From: Leptogorgia sarmentosa
Taxonomy: Eukaryota
DNA length: 64,000 nucleotides
Direction of reading: 5' to 3'
Assembly: GCA_964658305.1 (NCBI GenBank)
Contig: OZ210885.1
Span: forward strand, 20,770,001-20,834,000
How positions within the stretch are numbered: position 1 is the first letter of the stretch; every line of letters begins with the position of its first letter. Of this stretch, positions 1 to 13,118 are shown piece after piece. Position numbers and translations under genes: made by a program. Under the pieces are notes generated by a model that did no database searches, was not told the origin of the DNA, and was given only the letters and a program-made list of their open reading frames with translations.

Positions 1-1622
1 GATCACTCACATACCTCACAATGGCATTACGTAAAAACAGCATTAAATCCGGCGGACTAAGGATCGAGAGGAATGTCTGTGAAAGACTTCATCGAGAAAT
101 TGAAATGAATCGAGGGCCCCGAGTTTCTGAACAAGTCTGAAGATAAGTGGCTAGATGAAGAACAATTGTTGGGCAGCTCGGATCAGCCTCTACCAGAAGA
201 AAAGAATGTGAGAGTGAACACGCAGGTGTTCAATAAGAGGAGAACGGTGGCATACTCGATAGATCAGAAAGATTCTCTATGTGGCAGAAAGCTAAGACTG
301 CCGTGGCCCTTTGTATGATGTACATAAGAGTCCTAAAGGACAGAAAGAATTCGAAGAAAGCATTGCAAGGAGATGAAGCACACAAGGACAAAATCGTGGC
401 AAATACCGATAGAAAAGTCGCAGGGGATCTTTGTGTTGAGGATCTTGAGAAAGCCGAGAGTGAAATCATTAAACAGGTTCAGAAAGTTGCATTTCCTTCC
501 GAGTTGAAGACACTTCGAAACATTCAAGGTAAACCGAACTACAGGACCTGTGAATCAGATAAAGAAAGAAAGGCGGCTTTAAGGAAAGCGAGTTCTCTTC
601 ACACTTTGGACCTGTTTGTTGACGAGCAGAAAATCCTCCGGGTTGTTGGAAGAATAAGGAAAGCAAGTCTGTCGGAATGGTTAACCAATCCAATCATCTT
701 GCCAAAGTCCAGTCACACATCACGGTGGTAGAGGAGTCACTCTTGATGAACTTCGTTGTAGTGGCTACTGGGTCAATGGTAATGCCATGGTAAGACGGTT
801 CATCTCGAAGTGCGTCAAATGTCGTTATCTCAGAGGCAGTACTGGAGAGCAAAAGATGGCTGACTTGCCGAGGCAACAAGTAGAACCAGCACCACCTTTC
901 ACATACTGCGCTGTCGATTATTTCGGGCCCTGGTATGTAAGATGAGGAAGATCAACGGTGAAGAGATATGGAGCACTATTTACCTGCTTAGCTAGTCGGG
1001 CAGTCCATATAGAAGTCGCCGACACTATGGAAACTGACTCGTTCATTCAAGCGCTGAGACGATTCATTTGTAGGAGAGGTCCAGTTCAAGAGATTCGCTG
1101 CGACAGGGGAACCAACTTCATTGGTGCTGGGAACGAGCTTAGAAAGGCAATCGAGGAGATGGATGATGAAAAAGTAATGGCTGAATTGTTGAAGGATAAT
1201 ATTGATTGGATAAAAAATCCAGCTTCAGCGAGCAACTTTGGAGGGGTTTGGGAAAGACAGATTCGGTCGATCAGAAGTGTCATGAATGCACTGATCAAGG
1301 AGCACGGTGCTCATATGGATGACGAGATCCTGAGAACATTTCTATGCGAAGCAGAAGCTACAGTTAATAACAGACCCCTAATGGTGAAAACCCTCAGCGA
1401 TCCACTTTCCGAGCCACGTTCATGTTGTCTTATTACGAGAAGGACAGTGTCCAAGCAATAAGTGGCCCTTGGCCAGAGTGGTGCATACTAATCCAGACAG
1501 TCAAGGAAAAGTTAGATCAGTTACAATGTTGACGCCGAACGGATCTAAACTCGAGAGACCCATTAACAAGCTCGTTTTACTCGTAGAGTCACAGTAAGAC
1601 TGGGATTCCCCGACGAGGAGCC
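1..1622 (+). mobile_element. BEL/Pao LTR retrotransposon 3' fragment (RNase H end, integrase, C-terminal domain), decayed
   Basis: Pao pol motifs: WHYV..GPEFL, PFTYCAVDYFGPW, KRYGALFTCLASRAVHIE, CDRGTNF, GGVWERQIRS, KWPLARV..RPINKLVLL ending TAA at 1597. Purine tract GAGGAGCC precedes TG at 1623. Stops and frameshifts throughout. Confidence 0.92.
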
Positions 1623-1662
1623 TGACAGTAAAGACATTTATGGACTATATTGAACATTCTAG

Positions 1663-2975
1663 TTAGAAGGACGAGGAATATTTATATTCAATTTCGTGGA
1701 GGAAAACTCCGTAAAGAACAATGGCTTCATCTGGAGTAGGCGTTGGCATTATCAAATTGTTTTCTTGCATGATAATTATCGCCAACTCAGGAGATTCCAT
1801 ATTGAAAGATGGGGGTATGCGATGCAAATTCCACAGCCGTGCAACTCTGTGCAATTCTTTGTGCAAGATGTCCATAAAGCAAAATTTCAGACATTCTCGT
1901 TGTATTGCATCGTTGTCAGAATACAAACCAGAATCTCTAAGGTCTTTGAAATACCGGATCCACCAGTCAGCACATTCTTTTCTCAAGATACCCCACCATG
2001 CTTCAATCCACTGATTACTGACAGATTTTCCATACATAAAACTACTTATACCAGCCACACCATCGTCATGGTGGTTTCTAAAAAACGTTGTATTGCGGCA
2101 ACATAAATGTTTTCCGTTCCACAGTCCGCTCTCACAACCCTTGCTGTTCCTCTCAGTTGCTTAATACAATCAACGTAATACTGAGCCACAACACCGGGGG
2201 TTGTTGTTTGTCGATGACACCTCCAGCCACATAATGCGTCTGCTGAAACCATCTATACAACCGTGGATACAAAAACCAAATGGCTTCAGTTAATCATCCG
2301 TCTATATGCCATAGATAGTTTGGGCCTTTGTTGATATATCGTCTTCTTTTCAAACGATGTTTCGATCTGGGCGCAACCCCTTCGGGGTCACAGATTTTAA
2401 GAAGCTCTCTCACTGTTTCTCTTCCAACTACAAGCTGGTGATCAACTTGCAACCTTTGCGTCATTAGTCGGTATCCTGAATTGTCACCACTTTTGCTAAG
2501 CTCTTCATTTATAGCTGAGATAACATCTCTTAGATCATCGTGCCTTCTCTTTATGCTAAGGTTTTTTACCACTCTCTTCAAATGGCATAAGCTCAATCAC
2601 ATATTCCATGATGCATCAGAAAGAAGAGCAGTACTTCTTTATAACTGAAACCCAACTCGCAGTATCCTTTGATAAGATCTGATCTCCCCATGGCCAAGTT
2701 ATCATTCATAAGGTGTGGTATGTATGGTGGTAGAACACATTCTGCCTGCAGTGAAACTATAAGTATAATGGCCACCAACAAAAAAGAGCTTCCTTCGAAC
2801 GCCATAGTGTTTAAATATTAAAATCAACCAGGATACCCTCAATTAAAAAACTTGGCAAAAAACTCAGCAAAAAAAAAATGTGGAGTGGATTCTATGATCT
2901 TGAAAAATGCAGAGTGGATTATAAGATAACTATTGAAAATGTGGGGTGGATTTGAATGTCCCCTACGTGTTTCTG
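1663..2975 (-). pseudogene. IS3EU-like DDE integrase-core transposase remnant
   Basis: Frameshifted fragments GYRLM..GPNYLWHIDG, LKPFGFCIHGCIDGFSRRIMWL, VRADCGTEN, SVSNQWIEAWW, WNLHRI. Superfamily name is inference. Confidence 0.75.
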
Positions 2976-3029
2976 AGGGATTTTAGTGAGATTTTAATGG
3001 TGCATTTGATGAAATTAGAAATATGGGTA

Positions 3030-3657
3030 GTAACTATAGTAGCTTTTGATCCAATTTTCAGTTACATGGATGTGGTGTGGAGTGAGCTGTCGGTTGAATG
3101 CTGTAGTAACCTGCAGCGATTACAAAATCGGGCAGCTCGAATTATTGCAAAGTGTGATTCGTCTGCAGATGCTTTTGATACACTCAACTGGAAAAACTTG
3201 GAAACTAAGCGTAATCTTCATAAATGTACTCTTGTTTATAAATGTTTGAACAACCTAGTTTCAGACTATCTGGGTAACTATTTTAAAAAAAACTTAGATT
3301 ATCACAACTATAACACGAGAAGGAAGAGGGACTTGCACTTGCCACAACCAAAACGCAACTGAGGGAAACAAACTTTTAAATATTCCGGGGAGATTCTTTT
3401 TAACTCACTACCGATAGAGTTAGAATCCATTGACTTGCTTTCCTCTTTTAAAACTAGGATTAATCATTACTTTTAACTATTGAATCTAATTTTAGAATTT
3501 TCTCTCATTGAACCTGTTCATATCACTAATTTAGGCAGTAATATAGTTTTAATTATGTTTCATGTAATTATTATGTCATACAGGGCCCCTATGGATACCA
3601 GCCATTGGCTGAAAGGGCTACCCTGTCGAAGTAAAGTTTACATACATACATACATTT
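3030..3657 (+). mobile_element. CR1/L2-group LINE 3' end with 3' UTR and (TACA)n tail
   Basis: LQRLQNRAARII, YNTRRKRDLHLP, TFKYSG..FNSLP C-terminal motifs; 3' stem-loop-like GGGCCCCT..AGGGCT; tail tacatacatacatacat at ~3639-3655. Confidence 0.85.
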
Positions 3658-3714
3658 GTAGATAATCAATCTGTCAACGTTTGGAAATTGAAAATTTTCT
3701 CTCCACTAAATTTT

Positions 3715-3806
3715 AGAAGTGCCCATTTTGGAAAATGGGAGGCCTTAAGATGACCCCTGATGTGCACTTATCAAGACTCCTCCTCCTTGTCCAGCTACGC
3801 CACTGG
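3715..3806. mobile_element. single hAT-like terminus
   Basis: Ends in GCTACGCCACTG (reverse complement CAGTGGCGTAGC), a common hAT TIR tip. No partner end seen. Confidence 0.45.
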
Positions 3807-4982
3807 AACATCTAAGTGTTCTAACACCATTCTTTCCCATCTTACACCTCTATTAAATACCATATTATCGTAATTCTTGACACTTTCTTAACACCTATGC
3901 CCTCACTTAACACCTCTACTAAATGCTATTATCGGCATAGTGCAAAAAAGGACTGGACTTGTGGACTCTTGGACTCGATACTCGACTTCATAGTTTTCAA
4001 TCAGCAAAATGTGCTTTTGGCTATATTAATCGGTTTCATTGTGCTTTTTTAAGTTTCATCTTAAAGCTAGCACTGACAAAAGCTTATCTAGGATCGAGTG
4101 CAAAACATATGCATGTTTTTTGAACTTCATCGCATATGTCATCATATAACGCACAACTTCTCCTACGACACAGTGTGTGTGCAATGTGTTCTCTTTCCCA
4201 TCCAGGCTTGACATTAAAATATTTTTCTCATAACTGAACGTTAGTTTTATGTAAATGCAGTTGCGTTCATTGAAATATACGCAATGCGCGTGTACTGCAT
4301 GTTAAATCAATTCAGGATCGGATGTACGCTAGATAAGCACAATATTCAGTGTTCCTAATCAATCTATCAAGATGATAGAGATGCATGGGATGATGTGATG
4401 TCGATGTCAACTTAGCCACTGATTGACATTTGGAAGATATCAGAGTAACCGAATTTTCGAAGATTTTGAACAGAGAGAATATTGCACGATGCCGCTACTC
4501 AGTATAATTTCAATTGTATTAAAAGGACAATTTTTTCCATGTTGCGTATTTTCAAAGAAATGTGTTCAAAACCCGAAATCTTTTTGGCTTCCCTCTCAAT
4601 ATCAAATTATTCTATGATTTTATTGTCTGGACAAAACTATTTGCTATCTTCGAAACTATGTCTGGGTATTGAGAAACTAAAAGGAATATGAAAATTATGA
4701 ACATCAATGTTTGTATAACCAGCGCAATATAATGAAGCCTTGATTTCCACAATAAATGCAATATTTCAAATGTAATTTTCTCTTTGGCGTACACTCCAAA
4801 ATCGTTTTATATCATCAATTATGAATCCATCAACCTGTTTAAGCAAGTCTACCGAATGAGAAACCTCAAAATTTGAATTTTATATTTCGATGAATTTGAG
4901 TTTTGACATACAGAAAACCTTCGTCTTAATAATTTCATTCTACCGCTATTCGCTAGTAAATATTCTATTTGTATCTGATGAA

Positions 4983-5254
4983 AAAACAAACTTTTTTAGA
5001 ATGGAAATGTGGTTACTGAAAGGCCCGTTAAAAACAGCTTGCGTGCGATGTCCCAAAACTGGATTTTCCACAATTTGTTCGCGTAATTACGGACTTTGGG
5101 AATTAGCTTGCAATTTGCATTGGTAATTAATGCAAATATCCAATTATGCATAAATTAATCGGTAATCACAACGAAAGATTGCAAAAGGAAAGAACGCAAA
5201 ATCCAGTTTTCGGACATCGCACGTTCGTCTCAGCGTGCACCAAATTTCTCAAAA
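4983..5254. repeat. internally deleted copy of the foldback MITE at 30655-31427
   Basis: Shares near-identical blocks with that MITE: ggaaatgtggttactgaaaggccc, taattaatgcaaatatccaattatgcataaattaatcggtaatcac and ttttcggacatcgcacgttcgtctcagcgtgcaccaaatttc. Confidence 0.85.
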
Positions 5255-5467
5255 GCTGCAGGAAAGTGTTTTTACACTTTCCAAAAGTTGAGCAAGATCC
5301 TGCTAACATAAATCATGTTATCCTGCAAGGAAAACCGATTGGTATTCCTTTAACAGTAAATGGAAGTCAAAAACCGATACACTCTATGCACAGTATTGGC
5401 AGACTCAGAAAACTTATTTAATTACTTACTTAATTGAGATTGTAAAACACTTATCATCTGCTTCGAT

Positions 5468-7640
5468 TTAACTAGCTCTAAATTCAGCGTAGAATGCCTT
5501 GAAAATGGCAGACGCATATAAACGAGAAGCTGGGACAGCTAGTCCAAAGGAGATCATCTTGCCACCAAGCTTTTGAAGATTCTTAAGACCCACAGATTTT
5601 TTGGCCAACACTGATTCACGCAAGACAATAAACTTTTGTAACTTTTCCTGTGGGAGAATAAAGGCTTGCAGCTCGGAGTTAGAGAGGAATCCCAAGAAAG
5701 GCACAATGAGGCGTGGCACAAGAATGGACTTCTTTAGACTAATAAAATAACCTGATTCAACCAACACGTAGCATACTATGTAAGCTGCCACCTCGGCCAA
5801 GGCGAAATTCGAGGGAGTGGAATGGGTACTGGAAATGGGAGAAAGACGCAGTTGACCTGTATGTCGATCATCAATGTACTGGGAGCAAGAGACGTGCATG
5901 GATCAAATATAGCTTGTCGCAGCCAGCCCAACCGTGTGGTAAATATAGGCGCTCGCTTTCCAACCAAAAGGGATTGTGCGAATACAGAAATATCATCCGG
6001 CCCATTGGAGACCAAAATATGTACTGCTGCGACTCGAAAGGAGGATATGATCGTAACCACTTTTGTCGTCCAGGAATGTTTGATAATGGCCTGGCTCAAC
6101 ATAGCGAGGTTAGTCCGCTAACGTATCAAGTTTAAAAGGCAGATCCCTAATCCACAAATTAAGAAAACGCTCATCGTGGCATAACCGTGGTTTCGATGGT
6201 TAATGGTAATACTAAATGCGGTGGGTCGACTTGGTCCACTCGTCCTATGACTTGTAAAGACCCATTAGTCACCCGCTCAAGGATCGTGTCTGTGAAAGCT
6301 TCGAACCTTCGACAGGAACTATTGTTGGGAAATATAGAAGGTGGAGGGAGAGGGGAATCATAGTACTATTTGTTGAAAGTGCTGGTAAAATGCCGCCAAA
6401 ACAATTGGATATCAACGCCTTTGGTGATGTAAGAGTCTATCTCAGCGCGTTGGGTGTGGTGTTGGAGAATATGCTCCCAATAATGCACATGGTTATGGAC
6501 TTGTCCCGCCAAAAATTAATCTGGATTTCGAAAGGGAAGCCACTGAGGAGTGGGAACGACACGCCCCGAGGCTACCCATTGTAACGGAGGGAGAGGGCCC
6601 GTAGGAATGCAGTTGTCAAGAGTAGAAGAGCACCATTCAATGGTGCGCACTGAATGTAGGGCCTTTTGTAATTCAGTGTCGAAATGCTGGCAATTCTGAC
6701 CCTGTGAAACAAAGGAGTCCACGCTGTAATTGTATTATACTAGTTTTATTACACACAACAAGATATGAACATTGCAACGTAACAAGCAATTATTTAAATA
6801 TGTTCACATGCAATGATGTGCACATAGTTCAAAGCAGCAGCGACCATCACTTGGGATACTAGCAGTTCTGCGCGAAATGGCCTACGCGACGACAGTTATA
6901 ACAACGGAACGTAGATCGGTTGTAAGGATGAGAACAGACACCGCTGTAGCGATACGGACTCGAGAAACCTGAGGGACCAGACTGCCCCTGCGGGGTCGCT
7001 GGGACAGGCCACACGGGTGAATGTTTGAGTGATTTCTCGATTAATTTGGCGATTTCCATTTCTTGTTTGTCGCCGACTAATCTCAAAAGTAACGACTGGA
7101 ATTGAGGGGTCTGTTGTAAGGAGCGGGTCTGTTTATAGATTGAATTGTATCGATGTGTGTTAGTGTCCCCGTTCTCCCTTGCCACGTCCACGAGGTTCTC
7201 TAGAGCAGCCACTGTGACAAAAGGGTCAAAGATGCCCGTTGGCTTAGAGAGTTTGTGCCGGAGTTGGGCCAAAGCCATCGCCAACCTTGTTCTCGCTGGC
7301 TTTGATGCACAATGAGTTCGAATGTCATACTGCAAATAGCATCATTTCTGTTGAACTACGTACTACAACGCCGTAAATGTCATCGGACAGCTAGGGCTTA
7401 ATATATAGAACACAAATTCAACTCTCGGCCTAGAGCTACAAACATGTGCATACTGTCGGTTGAAAGAGCTAGAGCGCCTTAACTGAGCTATTATGGCAAA
7501 AAGGAACAATAGTAATGGGAGTTGAAGCTAAGCAAAGCGTTGGAAAACCCTGCACATGACACTCTGAAAAATTATAGCTGATAAAGGAAAACGAACGAAC
7601 CTGAGGCATAGGCGGTGGGATTATAAATTGTATTTCCTTT
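5468..7640 (-). mobile_element. DIRS/Ngaro-type retrotransposon, gag plus RT, truncated before RNase H and tyrosine recombinase
   Basis: Gag-like ORF 6859-7335 ends in knuckle CYNCRRVGHFAQNC. RT motifs PRLCHDERFLNLW, DDKSGYDHI, IPFGWKAS, QYIDDRH, VPFLGF. Confidence 0.85.
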
Positions 7641-10147
7641 TACACTGATACTCTTTAGTGATTTTATATTTGAGCTGTCATCCCACCCAAATGGAATGGT
7701 AGTTACCGACTGTTTCTTCTCAATGAATCGCACAGTGCACTCTTAATCATAAAAAATACATATTACCTAAAGAACTTACTGCAGTCCAAGGGTAATTTAA
7801 GTATTGGGGTTGTACTTTAATTATATATACAACTACAAAACAGGTATTTAAACGTTAGTCTTATTGGCACTTCTTATATGACGGATATATTTCAGTTATC
7901 AACCGAAATATCACAGACAAATTGTATTTCCTTTTTTCCCCGACTAGTACTTGCAGAGATGAAGGTACAAAATGAGATGAAGATACAAGGACAAGTTTTC
8001 GCTGAAATGTTTTGATTTTCCTTAGGATCATGCATATTACTGGTAATACAGGTTTCTTGCATCTTGCGCATATAAAAACACCAATTTGCATGGCAAACTC
8101 AGGTTTGTATAACATAGTTTGCGGTCTTTTAACTCACTGCTGTGAAATGAGTATAATATGCCAAATACACTCAGAACAGCCCGAAGAGCAGTTGTCTTTC
8201 CACTGATCGGCAGACCCTTAAAGACTGGAGTCGCGCAACCTTCCCATGTTTCTTGAACCAAGTCATAATTGCTTGCTATTCCGCTGGCCACATGACCTAT
8301 TATAACTTGTGGAAAATTATTTTGAAAGAGCTTACGTTCTGCCATGATAAGCTCTTTCAATGCTTCACCATCATCGAAATCTGAATTGAAAAAAAAACAA
8401 TTATTTGGATTGTTTTGAGAATGATGTTGAGCAAAATGAGAAACAGAAAGTATAGGCCTACCTCCCGTTACTTTCATCAGTGCGGGAAGTTTTGGGTCGG
8501 TTAACAGAAACCTCATCTCGTCCTTCGGAATACGTGTTGCTTGATTGTCCATATGGACATTCTCATTGAACACCCAAATGTCCGTTCCCGGTTGTTTTCC
8601 AATCATCTTCATGAAAGAAAATGATGCATTTATATAATTAGAATTTAGCCGAGTTGCAGGAAAATTATTGTTTACCTGAGTATGGTAGGTTAAAATAACA
8701 AACTCGAACGTATAGTGATATAAAAGTTCAATTTAAAATACCAAATTAGATAAAATCTAAATCAAAACCCCCCAGTCGCGTATTAGCACTATTATATTGT
8801 TTTGTCTCGTTTTGCAAACGTTTTGTCTCGCTTCTGATTATTTGGCAAAAACCTACTTAATTACCACAGGTATTAACACTAACAGCTTACATGTATAAAG
8901 CCAGGTTTTAATTCACATGATCTGTATTTTCATGCATGCCTGTCAAAACAAATCCTACAATCTATAAAGCTTATAGGTCTTTTCCTGAAGTTTTTGTAGA
9001 GTCGCATACAATTCTACGCGCGAACAGCATGTATCTGCTTCGTTCGAACATTTTATAAAAATTGTAGCCAACTGCGTTTTCATGCCTAAAAATAGAAATG
9101 TATTTTTGGCCCTGTTTACACGAGCAAATTTTATTTAACAAATTTAATTTGATCGAATACATTTGATCAAAAGCTATAGCATGCTAGCTTTTGTTCAAAT
9201 GCATTTGTCACAGTAAATTTGTTTATCATATGAAATTTGTCAATAAAATTTGCTCTATAAAGCTGAGTTATGAAAAAGCCAGGATATTAAAGACTACATA
9301 GCCGAGCAATTTAGTGTCAAATACTACTTGACAGTTAATGAAATCGGAAAACTTAAATGCAATGATAGGACAGTAAACAGCTATGTAGCCTATGTTAACT
9401 ATATCCATACTAAAATTATTACAACTGTCAATTTAGTTAGCTTACCTTTACCATTTCATAACGTTTAAGCGGCCCTTCCGTTGCAATATATTCTTTGCAC
9501 AGACGATAGATATATTGTGGTAAAAATAGTTCCTTCGACTGGGCAATCCACAGAGATGGAATCTTTGTCAGGGCATTAATTATAGCATTATGATTGCCCA
9601 TTTCACGATTGGTTATGTAGATTTGACTGAAGTTCCATAAATTTTAAAAGAAAACATCAAACTTTAATTAAACTGATAAAAATCGAAAATTATTAGCAAG
9701 ATTACAACAGTTAGGGCGGGATTAAAACTTATAAATCGAAACCTAATTAGAAAAATTCGGTTGTTAATATAAATTTCTATAACAGATGGTGAAAATCGCC
9801 GAAAATCAGATTATAACATAAAACATCAGTACTATCACTTACTTTGCTACATCCTCGGTGTTTGTATGCTGCGGGTCAACGACAGCAGGATTTATTTTTA
9901 GAATATAACCAACCACAGTACCCTTTCCGTCTCCCACGTAACCCGCCACTTCAACACCGAAATTCGTCATTTCTTCAAAACCGCTTGGTTTTTCAAACCC
10001 CAATGCAGTACCGGCTTCATTTAAAGTTAATTTATTAGGATCGATTTCAATGCTATTGTTTAGTTCATCGCGTTCAAGAACAACATTCCGTGTCCCGCCA
10101 TAGTAATATTGGTTTGGTTTGTAAGAGCGACAGCCTTGTAGCAGCAT
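7640..10147 (-). CDS. spliced P-loop ATPase gene, DUF927/Cch-like putative helicase; 3' part cut by the DIRS element
   Basis: Exons 10147-9843, 9626-9446, 8606-8138 and 7741-~7640 join through GT-AG introns with phases 2,0,1 into ~350 codons with no stop. Walker A GLPISGKTT and Walker B-like IPFGWDD. Family assignment is inference. Confidence 0.7.
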
Positions 10148-10299
10148 GTGCACGTGTATCAGTATTAGATTGACGTTTGTTTATATTTTACGTCCTTCCG
10201 CCCACAGCAAGACGACTACCAGGCTTCCGTCAGCGCAAAACGCAACTAGCACAATGAGTCAATGACTGAAAGCTGTATCATACAATGATGGTGAATGAT

Positions 10300-10486
10300 C
10301 CTAAATGGTTGTCAACAATGACGCTGAATATATCATATGACACCAAACTATACTAACTCGCACTATATGATACCAAATCATACAAAACGATACCAAATGA
10401 TGCTGAATGTTACGAAATGATATTAAATGCGCTAAATTATACTAAATCATGCCGAACAATACTAAATGATGCTGAATGATACTAAA
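10300..10486 (+). repeat. degenerate edge of the 10-bp tandem array
   Basis: Units such as atgacgctga, atgataccaa, atgatgctga and atgatactaa match the array at 13119-15360. Confidence 0.8.
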
Positions 10487-10829
10487 CTAGGAGTTACTAT
10501 CGCAAGGAAAGTGCTGCCGTATCCACTGAAGCACCCACTTACTTTGGCACGTAATTTTCACAAAATAAACAAGTCCCAAACCATAAATCTAACTGTAGCA
10601 TCCTAACCTTAACCACTAAAAACAATTCGAGAGAGTGAGAAAAAAATCGCTACTTCTGCGTCGTAATAAAATATCCAGTTTACTTACAGTATCAGGCCAA
10701 CGTTGGATTTACTTTTGTATGCCTATATGTGGTTTAGTTCTTTTAGTATCGAAAATTCTGTAAATCCCCGGTATGTCCCGTAAACAAACAACTCAAGCTT
10801 AGTGATGCCGTCGACTCTTTTCATACCAG

Positions 10830-11110
10830 TGTTGTCAAGTCATATAGTCGCATTACAAAGCAACAAGGAGCAACCGGCTGAGTTTAATTGTAGTAAATTA
10901 TTGTATTGCATCAGGAGTACATTAGTAAATGAATGGCAATACCGCGAGGCGACGAAGAGTCGGAGATGGCGAAAACAAACACGAAAGCTATAAATGCGAA
11001 AGCACGCAAATATGTTGCCAATCATCAACCGATTTAAAATTATGCCTATCTTGTTGTGACAAGTTCTACTGTGTTACACATCTGAGTTTGCCCGCTATTT
11101 ACGAATTGCG
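10830..11110 (+). repeat. dispersed repeat, diverged copy at ~32490-32770
   Basis: gagcaaccggctgagtttaattgtagtaaattattgtattgcatcaggagtacat aligns with gagcaactggctgaatttgattgtagtaaattattcttttacatcgggagtacat, with more matching blocks downstream. Confidence 0.7.
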
Positions 11111-11294
11111 ATGACAATGTCGGCCAACTACGACAATTATGATTTATGAAGATCGCAGCAAAACTTCGAACAGCTAGGAATTTCGAAAACATCCAAAAAT
11201 AGTCCTCATGAGTTGGTCTATCCAGTACCCGCTGATCTCTCGATTTACGTCATAAAATTGCCTACGTCACGAAACAAATCTCGATTTTGGACGA

Positions 11295-13118
11295 CTAATA
11301 TAATATCACCTCTGGGGAACAAGGAGCAACAGCCTCTTGCATATTTGATGCTGTGGATGAGAAATTCGCTGAAGATTCAATGCCATGGTTGAACTCTGTC
11401 AGCCTAAGTGTCGATAACACCAATTCTATGATAGGGAGGCACAACTCAGTGGCATCACGTTGTATAGGCAAAAACCCCAACATTTTCATTTCAGGCTGTC
11501 CCTGTCACTTGGCTCATATTGCAGCGACGAAAGCAAACAATGCATTTTCAGATGATGTTGGTTTGAACGTTGAAGATATTCTTATAGATCTTTACTACTG
11601 GTTAGATAAAAGCTCCAAACGAAAGGGCAAACTTTCAGAGTATTTTGATTTCTGCAATCAAGACTATCAACAAGTGCTAAAACATGTTTCTACTCGTTGG
11701 CTTTCGTTAGAACGATGTATTGACCGGGCACTTAAAAAACTTCCTAGTCTGAAGTCATACTTTCTTAGTGAAAGTTTTTCAGACGTGCGGTTTGTGAGGT
11801 TAAAGAATGCATTTTCAAATCCTATCTTGGAGCCAGTCCTCCTTTTTCACAGCGCTTCTATTCAGTTGTTTACGCATTTTAACAAACTATTACAGAGAAG
11901 CGAGCCGACTATCCAGATTCTGCATTCAGAAATAGTTGCTTTAGCCAAGAAAATTGCTACTCGTATCATCAAGCCTCAATGTATAAAAGATATTGAAATC
12001 TATAATCTTGATTTGGAGGACGAGGACATATTTAAACCACCCCAGTCTATTTTCCTCGGTGGAATGACAAAGCATGCACTTAACAAGCTTCTGAAGGAGG
12101 GAGATATCTCTGATGCTATTTATTCGAAGTTCTTTACTGCTGCAAAAGGCTATTTTATGGAGTCGCTGCGATACATTTTAAACAAGTTTCCTGTGCAGAA
12201 TGAACTGATAATGAATGCAGTTTGGGTAAATATACCTAATCGGATCGAAGTCAAATGGGAAAGTGTACAGTACTTTTATGATAAATATGAATCACTCTTT
12301 GATGGCATTCCAATTGACAAACTTTTCGAAGAATTTAGTGACTACCAAACACTAAGTGACGATGACATTGGCACAGAAGCCTGGCAGGCAGCGAAAGTTT
12401 TAGAAGAGGTAGAAGATGAGGGGACTGAAGTGTTCCATTATAGAGTCGATGTACTTTGGTGGCACGTCGCAAATCTTAAGCAATGTGGATCAGAGGTGGC
12501 AAGGTTTAAACACCTTACAAAAGTGGCGGAAGCAGTGCTTGTAATCCCTCATAGCAACGCTGAAGAAGAGCGCCTTTTCAGCATTGTTCGTAAAAATAAG
12601 ACTGACGGCCGTTCGAATTTATCGCTGGACGGTACATTGTCGAACATCCTCGCAATGAAACTTCAGTATCCGGAATCCACGACGCCCTGCTTCAAATGGC
12701 AGCCTACTGAGGAACTTATGAAATCATCGAAGAGCGCGACATCTAGATACAATATGGCACACTCTTCTAAGGAAACATAAATTTATGACTTTTATATGAA
12801 ACCTTAAGATTTTAGTACTGTAACGCGACGGCCAAAACAAACTCCTTCAAATAAATGGCAGTAAAGATAGTTCATGTGGTATATTATCAATCGTATCAAT
12901 TTAAATCAGTTTTAGAAGTTGAAGAGATGGGTTTTATGGTTGGGAAGAGTTCTGCTAAACCCAGTTAGAAGTTGATTACTTTTAGTGTTGTTGAAGTCAA
13001 CCCTGGTCATATTAATGAGGAAACCTGAAAATTTTTAAGTCTCACAATTTTTCCATCAATCTCACGACCTTTCCAATAGCAACTCACTATTTCTGCTACT
13101 CAAGGGTTGGCAGGTCTG
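11295..13118 (+). mobile_element. hAT DNA transposon, 5'-truncated, with right terminus
   Basis: Transposase ORF followed by GGGTTGGCAGGTCTG (reverse complement CAGACCTGCCAACCC) directly abutting the tandem array. Confidence 0.9.
11353..12780 (+). CDS. hAT transposase, C-terminal 475 aa
   Basis: SVDNTNSM (catalytic D), GCPCHLAH, STRWLS, IPHSNAEEERLFS (catalytic E, dimerisation domain). First catalytic D region missing. Confidence 0.9.
   Translation: MDEKFAEDSMPWLNSVSLSVDNTNSMIGRHNSVASRCIGKNPNIFISGCPCHLAHIAATKANNAFSDDVGLNVEDILIDLYYWLDKSSKRKGKLSEYFDFCNQDYQQVLKHVSTRWLSLERCIDRALKKLPSLKSYFLSESFSDVRFVRLKNAFSNPILEPVLLFHSASIQLFTHFNKLLQRSEPTIQILHSEIVALAKKIATRIIKPQCIKDIEIYNLDLEDEDIFKPPQSIFLGGMTKHALNKLLKEGDISDAIYSKFFTAAKGYFMESLRYILNKFPVQNELIMNAVWVNIPNRIEVKWESVQYFYDKYESLFDGIPIDKLFEEFSDYQTLSDDDIGTEAWQAAKVLEEVEDEGTEVFHYRVDVLWWHVANLKQCGSEVARFKHLTKVAEAVLVIPHSNAEEERLFSIVRKNKTDGRSNLSLDGTLSNILAMKLQYPESTTPCFKWQPTEELMKSSKSATSRYNMAHSSKET

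Noticed and set aside
10487..10800. Helentron-like non-autonomous element
   Set aside because: Only a CCTAACCTTAACC motif supports it; ends could not be defined.
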